Assembly (NCBI GenBank): GCA_963775425.1
Contig: CAVZJB010000004.1
Location: forward strand, 288,001-352,000
Origin: an uncultured delta proteobacterium
Lineage (GTDB): Bacteria; Myxococcota; UBA727; VGSZ01
Direction: 5' to 3'
DNA length: 64,000 bases
The notes beneath the pieces were generated by a model, which worked only from the letters and a program-made list of their open reading frames with translations, made no database searches and had not been told where the DNA came from. How positions within the stretch are numbered: position 1 is the stretch's first letter; every line of letters begins with the position of its first letter. Of this stretch, positions 17,585 to 27,087 are shown one piece after another. The position numbers and the translations under genes were made by a program.

Positions 17585-17660
17585 GCCTCGTCACGCCGTC
17601 ATCGTTGTGCGCGGCCGGAAGCGCGCGCGAGCGGCGTCGCCTCGCTGTATCATCGCGCCG

Positions 17661-19082
17661 ATGCCGACGCTCCACGCGATCGACGCGCGCGAGGCGCTGC
17701 CCGAGGCCCACACGGCCAAGGCGGCCGTGGACGAGGCGTGCGTGCGCGCGCGCAAGGCGCAGCAGGCGTACGCGCCCACGTCGCTCGCCGATCGTGCCCA
17801 CTTGCTGCGCCGGATGCGCGCGGCCCTGGTGCGCAACGCCGAGGAGCTCATCGCGGTCGTGCGCGACGAGAGCGGCAAGGTGCGCTTCGAGGCCATCACC
17901 CTCGAGATCGTGCCCGCGGCGCTCGCCCTCACGTTCAACGCCTACGTCGTCGAGCGCGCCCTCCGCCCGGAGCGCGTGCGCCCCTTCCTCCCGCTGCCGC
18001 GCCGCGCGCGACGCACGTTCTCCCCGCGCGGCGTCGTCGGGCTCATCTCCCCCTACAACTACACGCTGGCCATCCCCATGAGCACGCTGGCCCCGGCCCT
18101 CGCGGCCGGCAATGCCGTGGTGTGGAAGCCGGCGCCCACGGGAATTCGCGCGGCCCACGCCCTCGTGCGCACCTTCGAGGACGCCGGCGTGCCGCGCGAC
18201 CTCGTCGTCGTCGTCGAGGGCGGCCCCGCCGCCGGCGGCGCGCTCGTCGAAGGGCCCATCGACCACCTCACCTTCGTCGGCAGCACCGCCGCCGGCCGCA
18301 AGGTCGCCGCGCGCTGCGGCGAGCGCTTGCTCCCGTGCGTGCTCGAGCTCGGCGGGAACGCCGCCGCCGTCGTCACGGCCGGCGCCGACATCGAACGCGC
18401 CAGCCGCGCCATCGTCTACGGCGGCCTCGCCAACGCGGGACAGAGCTGCGTCGCCGTGGAGCGCGTCTTCGCGGTGCCCGAGGTCTTCGACGCGTTGCTC
18501 GAGCGCACCGCCGACCTGGCCTCGCGCATCCGCATAGGCGAAGACGTGGCGCGCATCGACGAGCGCCAGCGGAAGAAGGTGGAGGCGTGGCGGCAGCAGG
18601 CGCTCGAGCACGGCGCCGTCTTTTACGGCGACGTCGTCGTCGACGTCACCGCCGCGCGCATGCCGGTGCTCGGCGGCGAGATCTTCGGGCCGGTGTTGCC
18701 GTTCTTCCGCGTCGCCAACGTCGACGAGGCCGTGCAGCGTGCCAACGTGGCGCAGCAGCAGCTCTGCGCGTACGCGTTCTGCGCGCCCGCGGAAGGTCGC
18801 GCGCTCGCCAAGAGGCTCAAGGCGCCCCACGTCGCCGTCAACGACACCATGATCACCTACGCCATGATGGAGCTGCCGTTCGGCGGCGACGGCGCATCGG
18901 GCTTCGGGCGGGTCCACGGCGTCGAAGGGCTGCGCGCGCTCGCGCGAGAGCAGATCGTCGTGGACGGAAAGCTGCCGCTCGACAAGGAGCCGTGGTGGTT
19001 GCCGTACAACGACGGCGTCGGCGAGCTCGTCCTGCGCGGCCTCGAGCACGCGCTCGCCGTGCGGGAGAAGTTGCCATGGTGA
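17661..19082 (+). CDS. Aldehyde dehydrogenase
   Basis: ISPYNY, GNAVVWKP, FVGSTAAG, LELGGN, AGQSCVA, EIFGPV, PFGG. Confidence 0.9.
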   Translation: MPTLHAIDAREALPEAHTAKAAVDEACVRARKAQQAYAPTSLADRAHLLRRMRAALVRNAEELIAVVRDESGKVRFEAITLEIVPAALALTFNAYVVERALRPERVRPFLPLPRRARRTFSPRGVVGLISPYNYTLAIPMSTLAPALAAGNAVVWKPAPTGIRAAHALVRTFEDAGVPRDLVVVVEGGPAAGGALVEGPIDHLTFVGSTAAGRKVAARCGERLLPCVLELGGNAAAVVTAGADIERASRAIVYGGLANAGQSCVAVERVFAVPEVFDALLERTADLASRIRIGEDVARIDERQRKKVEAWRQQALEHGAVFYGDVVVDVTAARMPVLGGEIFGPVLPFFRVANVDEAVQRANVAQQQLCAYAFCAPAEGRALAKRLKAPHVAVNDTMITYAMMELPFGGDGASGFGRVHGVEGLRALAREQIVVDGKLPLDKEPWWLPYNDGVGELVLRGLEHALAVREKLPW

Positions 19083-19104
19083 ATCTGACAGACATGGGGG
19101 CGCG

Positions 19105-19557
19105 ATGAAGTCACACGAGGTCATCAAGGCAACCGTCGACAAGCTCGGCGCCAAGAAGGTCTCCAGCGAGATCGGCGTGTCGCTCTCGCTCCTGTACAAG
19201 TGGAGCGAATCCGCCGAGGAGAGCGGTGCCGCCAACCCGCTCGATCGCGTCGCGCAGATCTGCAAGGTCACCGACGACACCCGCCCCGTCGCCTGGCTCG
19301 CAGCGCAGATGGACGGCGTCTACGTGAAGAACCCGGTGAGCACCGGCGAGCAGGTCGACGTCCTCCAGCAGACGCAGCGGCTGGTCACCGCCTTCTCCGA
19401 CATGCTGCAGGCGGTCTCCAAGGGCTGGGAAGACGCCGAGCTCACCGTCGCCGAGGCCGAGAAGATCCGCGCCGAGTGGGACGAGCTGAAGAGCGTCGCC
19501 GAGACCTTCGTCATCGGATGCGAGCAGCACGCGCAGAAGAAGAGCCCGCGCCGCTGA
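19105..19557 (+). CDS. Phage CII-like regulatory family protein (N-terminal HTH)
   Basis: GAKKVSSEIGVSLSLLYKW HTH, then SGAANPLDRV and AEKIRAEWDELK. Confidence 0.65.
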   Translation: MKSHEVIKATVDKLGAKKVSSEIGVSLSLLYKWSESAEESGAANPLDRVAQICKVTDDTRPVAWLAAQMDGVYVKNPVSTGEQVDVLQQTQRLVTAFSDMLQAVSKGWEDAELTVAEAEKIRAEWDELKSVAETFVIGCEQHAQKKSPRR

Positions 19558-19590
19558 CCGGCGCGAGGACTCGTCGCGCCGCAGACGCGG

Positions 19591-20715
19591 TCACGCCGGT
19601 GAGTTGCTGTCGAGGATGAAGTGGGCGACGTCGGTCCACAGCGCGTCGAACTGCGCGCGCTTGAAGCCTGTGCCCGTCAAGAGCCAGTCGATGTGCGGCG
19701 GATCGGTGTCGGGGTCGTCGAAGTGGCCGATGACGTCGTGGTGATCGGCCTTGACCGCGCGCAGCAACGGGCCGTGGAACTGCGAGAGCGTGGGGACGAT
19801 GCCGTCGTTGTCGGCGGGCTCCGGCATATCACCGAGCGCGGCGACGAGCGCCGGGCCCGCTTCGAGGGCCTCCGGCGGCGTAGCCGTCGCCGCCGGCGAG
19901 AGCGCCGCGAGCCGATAGAGCGCGTGATAGATGGCGTGGCTCGCCTGCGCATACGGCGACAGCCCCGTCTCGATCGTGGAGCGCATGCCGGGCCGCCGCG
20001 CCTCGGTGACGATGCAGGTGTAGCGCACGCCGGGCCGATCGTGGGTCTGCGCGTCGAAGTGCTGCGCGAGCTCCGGCGTGAGCTCGTCGAGGAGCGCCTG
20101 GTCCTTGGCGACGTCCTCGAACAGTTGGTGCAGCGCGATGCGGCGGTCCGCCGTGAGATCGGCGAGCAGCTCCTGCGTGAGCTGGTCGACGAAGTCGGGC
20201 TTGGCGCCCACGGCGGTGTCGAGCGCCGCGAGCACGCCGGCGAGCGCCGTGACCGCGGCGACGGGGAGCGGGCCGAGCTTGAGCGTGCGGATGGTCATCA
20301 ACGCGAGCAGTTGGAGGATCTGCTTTCCGAACGCGGTGCGAAACGCCGACGCGAGCGGCGTCCCGCGGTGCGCGCCCGCGACGGACACGACGCTCTTTGT
20401 CCGCGCGAGGAGCGGGTCGTCGGGGTGGCGCTCCGGATCGAGCAGCAAGCGCGCGTCGAGCGCGCCGGTGGAGTGACCGACGATATGGATGGCGCCTTCA
20501 TCGCCCGCGGTCTCCTGGATGATCTCCCGGAGCTTCTGCGCGCGGCGCGCGATGGCCGCGGTGGGCAGCGTGTCTACGCGGTGGACTTGCACGTCTTCGC
20601 CGAGGCGGCGAAAGCCGTCGTCGAGCGCCTCCTTCACGTGCTGGAAGTACTTCATCTCTCCGAGGGCGGCGAAGCCGAAGAAGCCCGGGACGAGGTAGAC
20701 GCGCGTAACGGTCAA
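19591..20715 (-). CDS. Triacylglycerol lipase-like alpha/beta hydrolase
   Basis: LVPGFFGF, GHSTG nucleophile elbow, NDGIVP, ADHHDVIGHF; TTG start is approximate. Confidence 0.8.
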   Translation of the reverse strand: MTVTRVYLVPGFFGFAALGEMKYFQHVKEALDDGFRRLGEDVQVHRVDTLPTAAIARRAQKLREIIQETAGDEGAIHIVGHSTGALDARLLLDPERHPDDPLLARTKSVVSVAGAHRGTPLASAFRTAFGKQILQLLALMTIRTLKLGPLPVAAVTALAGVLAALDTAVGAKPDFVDQLTQELLADLTADRRIALHQLFEDVAKDQALLDELTPELAQHFDAQTHDRPGVRYTCIVTEARRPGMRSTIETGLSPYAQASHAIYHALYRLAALSPAATATPPEALEAGPALVAALGDMPEPADNDGIVPTLSQFHGPLLRAVKADHHDVIGHFDDPDTDPPHIDWLLTGTGFKRAQFDALWTDVAHFILDSNSPA

Positions 20716-20725
20716 AGCGGGCCCT

Positions 20726-21880
20726 TCAGTGACGACAACAGCAGCGGCGCGCGCGCTCGTCGAGTGAGCTCTCCGCGAACGACATGGCCGCCTTGATGTC
20801 GAACGTGATCTTTGCAACCGCGCGCGCGATCTGCCCGGCGGCCTCGTCGAGGCAACGCTTGGCGACGGTGGACTCGCAGCGAAAGACCCGCTTCTCCTCC
20901 TGCGCCTCGCCCGAAGCGGTCTTGATGGAGAGCGGGACCTCGAACCGGTTGTTGAGAGAGGCCTCGCCGCCGCCGCAGTGAGCCGTGCCGATGCCGCGGA
21001 GGCCCGACGGGATCACGGAGGCGGGCAGCTCCGCCACGAGCGCCCCTGCGTGCAGCTCGATCATCGCTCCGCCCGGGTGATCGCCGGTGATGATGCCGCT
21101 CACCACACGCACGGAGGGATCGCTGCTGCGCCACTCGATGCGCTCACCGGGCACGACCACCCCGTGCGAGAGCGCCTCTCCCTCGAGCCTGACGTCGTCT
21201 CCTTCGAGGACCTCGCAGGAGCGTTCGCTCGCAGGCGCGGTCGCGCCCTTCTTGGCCACCACGACGAGCGGCGGCCACGGGCAAGTCAAGCGGAGCTCGT
21301 CGATGGCGGGGCGCACCTCGAGCTTCACCTCGGTGGCCTTCTTGCCGCAGCGGGCGGTGATGGCGACGGTGCCCGCGGCGACACCGGTGACGTAGCCCTG
21401 TGCGTCCACCTTGGCCGTCTCCGGCGCCGACGAGCTCCACTCGATGGTCTCCGTGACCTTCTCGCCGAGCCCCGACGCCACCGCCTCCAACGCGATGTTC
21501 TCGCCGGCGTGGAGCCCGCACGGCTCGGGACAGATGACGTGCACGTCGTCGACGACGCTCACGTGGACCGGCAGCTCGGCCTTGGGCAGGCCCTCGGCGG
21601 TGGCCACCACCTTGGCGTCGCCGTTCTTGGCGGGGAGGATCTTGCCGTTATCCAGCGTGAGGGCGCCCGGCGGATCGACGGAGAGCGTGAAGCGCGGCGT
21701 CTTCTTCAGGGGCTTGCCGTCCTTGTCGAGCGCCACCACTCTCGGCACCGGCACCGCGTGGTCTTCGTCGATGCTGAGCGGTGTCTTCGGCTCGAACGCG
21801 AGCGCCGCCGGGCGGTTGCACCCCGTCGCCGCCAGGGCGAGGAGCGCGGCCGCCGCCAGGGCTGGCGCGCGCACGGTCAC
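20726..21880 (-). CDS. Lipoprotein with Ig-like (Big_2) domains
   Basis: GTGA overlap with the prfC stop; lipobox-like AATGC; WSSSAPETAKVDAQGYVTGVAAGTVAITA. Confidence 0.75.
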   Translation of the reverse strand: MTVRAPALAAAALLALAATGCNRPAALAFEPKTPLSIDEDHAVPVPRVVALDKDGKPLKKTPRFTLSVDPPGALTLDNGKILPAKNGDAKVVATAEGLPKAELPVHVSVVDDVHVICPEPCGLHAGENIALEAVASGLGEKVTETIEWSSSAPETAKVDAQGYVTGVAAGTVAITARCGKKATEVKLEVRPAIDELRLTCPWPPLVVVAKKGATAPASERSCEVLEGDDVRLEGEALSHGVVVPGERIEWRSSDPSVRVVSGIITGDHPGGAMIELHAGALVAELPASVIPSGLRGIGTAHCGGGEASLNNRFEVPLSIKTASGEAQEEKRVFRCESTVAKRCLDEAAGQIARAVAKITFDIKAAMSFAESSLDERARRCCCRH

Positions 21881-23493
21881 GCCTTCGCCCGCCCCGGCTG
21901 CACCGCGGCCACGAACGTCAGCTCCGCGTGCTTGTCCTCGAAGCGCCGCCGCATCCAATCGCTCTCGAACAGAAAGAGAGGGCGATCCTCGACGTCGAAG
22001 AAGCACTCCACGCTCGACTGCCGCACAAGCGTAGCGACGTCGACGGCGGCGCCGTCGGCCGCGAACACCCAGCGCGCCTGCGTGAACGGCAGCCGCTCGA
22101 GCTTGGCGTCCACCGAGTACTCCGCCTTCAACCGGTGCTGCAGCACCTCGAACTGCAACCAGCCCACCGCGCCGAGCACGGGATCGACGAACGCCTCGTC
22201 GCGCTCGCGGAAGAGCTGCACGGCGCCTTCGTCGGCGAGCTGCGAGAGGCCCTTTTGGAGCTGCTTGCGCTTGAGCGGGTCCGCGAGGCGCACGCGCACG
22301 AAGTGCTCCGGAGAAAACGACGGCATCCCCGAAAACGCGGGCATGTCTCCCTTGGCCGCCAGGGTGTCGCCGATGCGCAGGTTGCCGGGGTCCCACAGCC
22401 CGAGGATGTCGCCGGAGAACGCCTCGTCGACGACGGTGCGCTCCTGCGCCAGGAACATGAGCGGCCGATCGAGCGACAGGGTCTTCCCGGTGCGCAACAG
22501 CTTGGCGTCCATGCCCCGGTCGAACCGCCCCGAGCAGATGCGCACGAACGCGATGCGGTCGCGGTGCTTGGGATCCATGTTCGCCTGGATCTTGAAGACG
22601 AACCCGGAGAACGCCGGGTTGGCAGGGTCGACGAGGGTGTCGCCGGCGGCGCGCGGCAGCGGCGCCGGGCAGAGGTCGACGAAGCGGTCGAGGAACGGCT
22701 CCACGCCGAAGTTGTTCATCGCGGACCCGAAGAACACCGGCGTCACCTGGCCCTCCATGAAGGCCTCGTGGGAGAACGCGTTGCCGGCATCGTCGAGCAG
22801 GGCGATCTCGTCGCGCAGCTTGGCCGTGCTCGTCTCGCCGAGCGTCTCGCTGAGCTCGTCGAGCGAGCCGACCGCCATGGACGCGCGCTTGCCGCGCTCT
22901 TCGCGTTCAAAGGTGAGGAAGCGCCGGGTCTCGCGCTCGAACACCCCCTGGAAGTCGCGGCCCATGCCGACGGGCCACGTGAGCGGCGACGTCGGGATGC
23001 CCAGCACCTGCTCGATCTCGTCGAGGAGCTCGAGCGGCGGCTTGCCCTCACGGTCCATCTTGTTCACGAACGTGACGATGGGGATCTTCCTCAGCCGGCA
23101 GACCTGGAACAGCTTGATGGTCTGCGGCTCCACGCCCTTGGCGACGTCGACGAGCATGACGGCGCAGTCGGCGGCGGCGAGGGTGCGGTAGGTGTCCTCG
23201 GAGAAGTCGTTGTGTCCCGGCGTGTCGAGCAGGTTGAACCGCCTGCCCATGTGCTCGAACTGCATGACGCTCGTGGCCACCGAGATGCCGCGCTCCTTCT
23301 CGATGGCCATCCAGTCGCTGGTGGCGTGACGCGCGGCGCGGCGCGCCTTGACGCTGCCGGCGAGGTGGATGGCGCCGCCGTAGAGCAGGAGCTTCTCGGT
23401 GAGCGTGGTCTTTCCCGCATCCGGGTGCGAGATGATGGCGAACGTGCGACGTCGCTTGACCTCGCGCTCGAGCGCCTCCTGTTCTACGGCCAT
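21877..23493 (-). CDS. prfC: Peptide chain release factor 3
   Basis: RRTFAIISHPDAGKTTLTEKLLLYGGAI, ERGISV, LLDTPGH.DFSEDTYRTL, FVFKIQANMDPKHRDRIAF. Confidence 0.97.
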   Translation of the reverse strand: MAVEQEALEREVKRRRTFAIISHPDAGKTTLTEKLLLYGGAIHLAGSVKARRAARHATSDWMAIEKERGISVATSVMQFEHMGRRFNLLDTPGHNDFSEDTYRTLAAADCAVMLVDVAKGVEPQTIKLFQVCRLRKIPIVTFVNKMDREGKPPLELLDEIEQVLGIPTSPLTWPVGMGRDFQGVFERETRRFLTFEREERGKRASMAVGSLDELSETLGETSTAKLRDEIALLDDAGNAFSHEAFMEGQVTPVFFGSAMNNFGVEPFLDRFVDLCPAPLPRAAGDTLVDPANPAFSGFVFKIQANMDPKHRDRIAFVRICSGRFDRGMDAKLLRTGKTLSLDRPLMFLAQERTVVDEAFSGDILGLWDPGNLRIGDTLAAKGDMPAFSGMPSFSPEHFVRVRLADPLKRKQLQKGLSQLADEGAVQLFRERDEAFVDPVLGAVGWLQFEVLQHRLKAEYSVDAKLERLPFTQARWVFAADGAAVDVATLVRQSSVECFFDVEDRPLFLFESDWMRRRFEDKHAELTFVAAVQPGRAKA

Positions 23494-23843
23494 AGCGCAC
23501 ACGATACCGTCTGGGTCGTGGGACGAAAGCCCCTTCGCGCGGCCGTCACGCGGACGTGTCACGGGTGGATCGAGGCTGCCCGCCGCCGCCGCGACGACGT
23601 CGAGGGCGGCGCGGCCTGCGGCGACGCCTCGAGACGGACGGTGGCCTCGCGGTAGAGCCGTGGGTCGAAGCGCGCCTCGAAGCGCAAGGTCGCGACGGGT
23701 GGCGTCGCGTCGACGCGCTCGACTGTGAAGCGCCGCGAGCCGAGCTCGCGCGTCTTCACCAGCACCCGCGGCGGCCAGCCAAAGTGGAGGCACAGCGGAG
23801 GGACCGATCAGGTTATGCGTGTACTTATGTAACCGCTGCCGGC

Positions 23844-24884
23844 TCAGAAGAGGCTGAGCTGCGGCCCCTTCTTCGCCGGGCGCGAAAACGTCGTCGCCGG
23901 CGCGTGCGAGCCGTCGTGGGCGCGGCGCTCCCACAGGCCGAAGCGCTTGGCGGACGAGGTGAAGACCTGCGCGATGGTCTCCGCGTAGCGCCCCTCGCCC
24001 ACCTGTCGCTTGCCGAAGCGCGGATCGTACAGCTCCCCGTGCCGTGTCTCGCGCAGGCGATGGAGGATCTTGTCCGCGCGCAGGGGGAACGCCGCGCGCA
24101 CGCGCTCCTCGAACACCGCCTTCACGGAGCCCGGCAGGCGCAGCAGCACGTAGCCCGCGTGGCCGGCGCCGGCGGCGGCGGCGGCTTCGAGGATGCGGGG
24201 GATGTCCTCGTCGTTGAGCCCGGGGATGACCGGCGCGAGCATCACGCCGACCGGGATGCCGGCCTTGGCGAGCGCCTCCACCGCCTGCAGCCGGCGGCGC
24301 GGCGACGGCACCCACGGCTCGATCTTTCGCGCGTTGTCCTCGTCGAAGAACGGGACGCTGATGCTGACGTTGACGCGCGCCTCGCGATGAAGCTGCTGCA
24401 GCACGTCGATGTCACGCTCGACGAGGGCGGACTTTGTGATGATGCCCGTCGGGTTCTTGTATTCGGCGAGCACCTCGAGGCAGGCGCGGGTGAGCCCGTA
24501 GCTGGCCTCGAGCGGCTGGTAGCAGTCCGTGACGCCGGAAAAGACGATGGTCTCGCCCTGCCATGACCTCTTGTCGAGCGCGGCGCGCAGGAGCTCGGGT
24601 GCCTTGCGCTTGACGCCGATGCGCGTGTCGAAGTCCGTGCCGGCGCCCAGGGACAGGTACTCGTGCGTGGGCCGCGCGTAGCAGTAGGCGCACGCGTGCT
24701 GGCAGCCGCGGTACGGGTTCACGCTCCAGCGAAAGCCGAGATTGGGGCTGTCGTTGTGCGCGAGGATCTCCCGCGTGTGGTCCTCCCAGACCTCGGGGAG
24801 CGCGCCGGGGTCGCAGCCCTCGAGGTACTCGCGCGACGACGACGCAAAGGGGTTCGGCGGGTTGGAGATGGGGCGGCGATCCAC
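23844..24884 (-). CDS. PA0069/Rv2578c-family radical SAM protein (spore photoproduct lyase-like)
   Basis: NDSPNLGFRWSVNPYRGCQHACAYCYARPTHEYL, SGVTDCYQP, C-terminal QLSLF. Confidence 0.9.
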   Translation of the reverse strand: MDRRPISNPPNPFASSSREYLEGCDPGALPEVWEDHTREILAHNDSPNLGFRWSVNPYRGCQHACAYCYARPTHEYLSLGAGTDFDTRIGVKRKAPELLRAALDKRSWQGETIVFSGVTDCYQPLEASYGLTRACLEVLAEYKNPTGIITKSALVERDIDVLQQLHREARVNVSISVPFFDEDNARKIEPWVPSPRRRLQAVEALAKAGIPVGVMLAPVIPGLNDEDIPRILEAAAAAGAGHAGYVLLRLPGSVKAVFEERVRAAFPLRADKILHRLRETRHGELYDPRFGKRQVGEGRYAETIAQVFTSSAKRFGLWERRAHDGSHAPATTFSRPAKKGPQLSLF

Positions 24885-24899
24885 CCGCGCACGGTAGCG

Positions 24900-24916
24900 C
24901 TGAACATGCGTTCAGG
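24900..24916. promoter_or_regulatory. LexA (SOS) box, Myxococcus type
   Basis: CTGAACATGCGTTCAGG matches the M. xanthus consensus as I recall it (CTRHAMRYBYGTTCAGS) at all positions; about 16 nt upstream of the radical SAM start. Confidence 0.75.
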
Positions 24917-24993
24917 CAACGCCGGTCGCGTTGTGGCCCCGGCCGGGCGTACCCGCTTGACCTCGGTCGCGGGCACGCGAGCCTGCCGTCGAC

Positions 24994-26199
24994 GTGCGGC
25001 ACATCCATCTCGATCCGCTCGGCGGCGTCGCCGGCGACATGTTTGCGGCGGCGCTCCTCGACGCGTGGCCAGCGCTCGGCGACGACCTCTTGACGGACCT
25101 GCGCCGCGCCGGCCTCGCCGACGACGTCGCCGTCCGCGTCGAGCGCGTGACCGGCGAGGTCCTCGCCGGCGCGCGCTTCGTCGTCGACGACCCCCGTGAG
25201 CGGAGCGCGCCGCGCCCGCCGCACCACGCCGTGCTCACGCACGAGGCCGGGCACGCGCACGTGCCCTTCCCCGAGATCCGCGCGCGCATCGCCGCCAGCG
25301 GCCTCGACCCGGGCGTCGTCGCGCGGGCGCAGGACATCTTCCTCCTGCTCGCGCAGGCGGAGGCGGCGGTGCACGGCTTCGCCGACGTCGACGCCGTCGT
25401 ATTCCACGAGGTCGGCGCCATGGACTCCGTCGCCGACGTCGTCACCGCCGCGCTGCTCATCGAGCGCTCGGGCGCGTCATCGTGGTCCTGCGGCCCGGTG
25501 CCCCTCGGCAGCGGCACCGTGCAGACGGCGCACGGCGTGCTCCCGGTGCCGGCGCCGGCCACGCGCGCGCTCCTCGAGGGTCTGCCCGTCTTCGACGACG
25601 GCCGCGGCGGCGAGCGCGTGACCCCGACGGGCGCGGCCATCCTCAAGCACCTCGCGCCGGCGCGCGCGCGCCCCGCGGGCGTGCTGGGCGCGTGCGGCAC
25701 GGGCTGGGGGACCAAGCGCTTCCCCGGGCTGCCCAACGTGCTGCGCGCGTACGCCGTCGAGACCCACGCTGCGGCGACGTCCGTCCGGCGTGAGCTCGTC
25801 TGCGCGGTGAGCTTCGAGGTCGACGACCAGTCCGGCGAAGACCTCGCCGCCGGCCTCGACAGGATCCGCGACGTCGCCGGCGTCCTCGACGTCACGCAGG
25901 CCCCCGTGCTCGGCAAGAAGGGGCGGCTCGCGTCGTCGGTGCGCGTGCTCGCGCGCGCCGACGCCGAGGACGCCGCCGTGCGCGCGTGCCTCACCGAGAC
26001 CACGACGCTCGGCGTGCGCATCGAGCGCGTCGAGCGCGCGGTGCTCGCGCGCGAAGAGGTCGTCGTCGACGGCGTGCGCACCAAGCGCGCGCGGCGGCCC
26101 GACGGCAGCGTGAGCGTGAAGGCCGAAGCCGACGACCTCGCCGGCACCGCCGGCGCCGCGGCGCGCGCGACGAAGCGGCGCCGCGCGGAGCAGCCGTGA
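24994..26199 (+). CDS. larC: LarC-family nickel insertion protein
   Basis: LDPLGGVAGDM, His-rich linker, EAAVHG..VVFHEVGAMDSVAD, AHGVLPVPAPAT, GERVTPTGAA, ETTTLGVR. Confidence 0.88.
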   Translation: MRHIHLDPLGGVAGDMFAAALLDAWPALGDDLLTDLRRAGLADDVAVRVERVTGEVLAGARFVVDDPRERSAPRPPHHAVLTHEAGHAHVPFPEIRARIAASGLDPGVVARAQDIFLLLAQAEAAVHGFADVDAVVFHEVGAMDSVADVVTAALLIERSGASSWSCGPVPLGSGTVQTAHGVLPVPAPATRALLEGLPVFDDGRGGERVTPTGAAILKHLAPARARPAGVLGACGTGWGTKRFPGLPNVLRAYAVETHAAATSVRRELVCAVSFEVDDQSGEDLAAGLDRIRDVAGVLDVTQAPVLGKKGRLASSVRVLARADAEDAAVRACLTETTTLGVRIERVERAVLAREEVVVDGVRTKRARRPDGSVSVKAEADDLAGTAGAAARATKRRRAEQP

Positions 26200-27077
26200 A
26201 GCGCCACACCGCGGCCCGCCTCGCGGGCGTCCTCGACGACATCGGCCCCGCCGCCGTCGCGGTCTCCGGCGGCGTCGACTCGCTGACCCTCATGGCGTTC
26301 GCCCACCGCGCAGCGCTCGAGGCGCCGACGCGGGCGGGCCGTGAGCGGGGCGGCAGCCAGGCGATCGAGCCAAGCGGCTCGCTGCCGTCGCAGATCGGCG
26401 ACGGCGTACCCCACGCGTTCCACGCCGTGTCGGCCGCCGTGCCGCCGGCGGCGACGGCGCGGGTGAGGGACCTCGCGGCGCAGTTCGGTTGGCGGCTCGA
26501 CGTCATCGACGCCGGGGAGACGCAGGACCCCGAGTACCTCGCGAACCGCGTCGACCGCTGCCGCGTGTGCAAGTCCCACCTCTACGACACCGTCTCGGCG
26601 GCGACCGACCGGATCGTCGTGAGCGGGACCAACGTCGACGACCTCGACGACTACCGCCCCGGCCTCGTCGCCGCCGCCGCCCGCGGCGTTCGGCACCCCT
26701 TCGTCGAAGCGGGGCTCGACAAGGCAGACGTGCGCGCGCTGGCGGAGAGCCTCGGGCTCCCCTCGGTGGCGGCGCTGCCGGCGCAGCCGTGTCTGTCGTC
26801 GCGCATCGAGACCGGCGTGCGCATCGAGCCCGCGTTGCTCGCGCTGGTGAACGACGTCGAGGAGGCGGCCCGCGCGAAGCTCGGCGCCGGCAACACCGTG
26901 CGCTGCCGCGTGCGCAAGAGCGGCGTGGTCCTCGAGCTCGACGCCGCCGTGCTCGCGGCGCTCGACGAGGAGGCGCGACGCGCGCTCGTCGCCGCCGCCG
27001 CCGCCCGCGCAGGCCGCGACGTCACCCTCGCCCCCTACCGCATGGGCGGCGCCTTCCTCCGCGTCCTCGACACCTGA
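26196..27077 (+). CDS. larE: LarE-family PP-loop sulfur transferase
   Basis: GTGA overlap; AVSGGVDS, RCRVCK, GTNVDDLDDYRPG, PCLSSRI. Confidence 0.85.
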   Translation: MKRHTAARLAGVLDDIGPAAVAVSGGVDSLTLMAFAHRAALEAPTRAGRERGGSQAIEPSGSLPSQIGDGVPHAFHAVSAAVPPAATARVRDLAAQFGWRLDVIDAGETQDPEYLANRVDRCRVCKSHLYDTVSAATDRIVVSGTNVDDLDDYRPGLVAAAARGVRHPFVEAGLDKADVRALAESLGLPSVAALPAQPCLSSRIETGVRIEPALLALVNDVEEAARAKLGAGNTVRCRVRKSGVVLELDAAVLAALDEEARRALVAAAAARAGRDVTLAPYRMGGAFLRVLDT

Positions 27078-27087
27078 CCCGCGAGAG

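Noticed and set aside
23559-23765. 68-aa ORF between the radical SAM gene and prfC
   Set aside because: No RBS or motif; could be a gene fragment but cannot be supported
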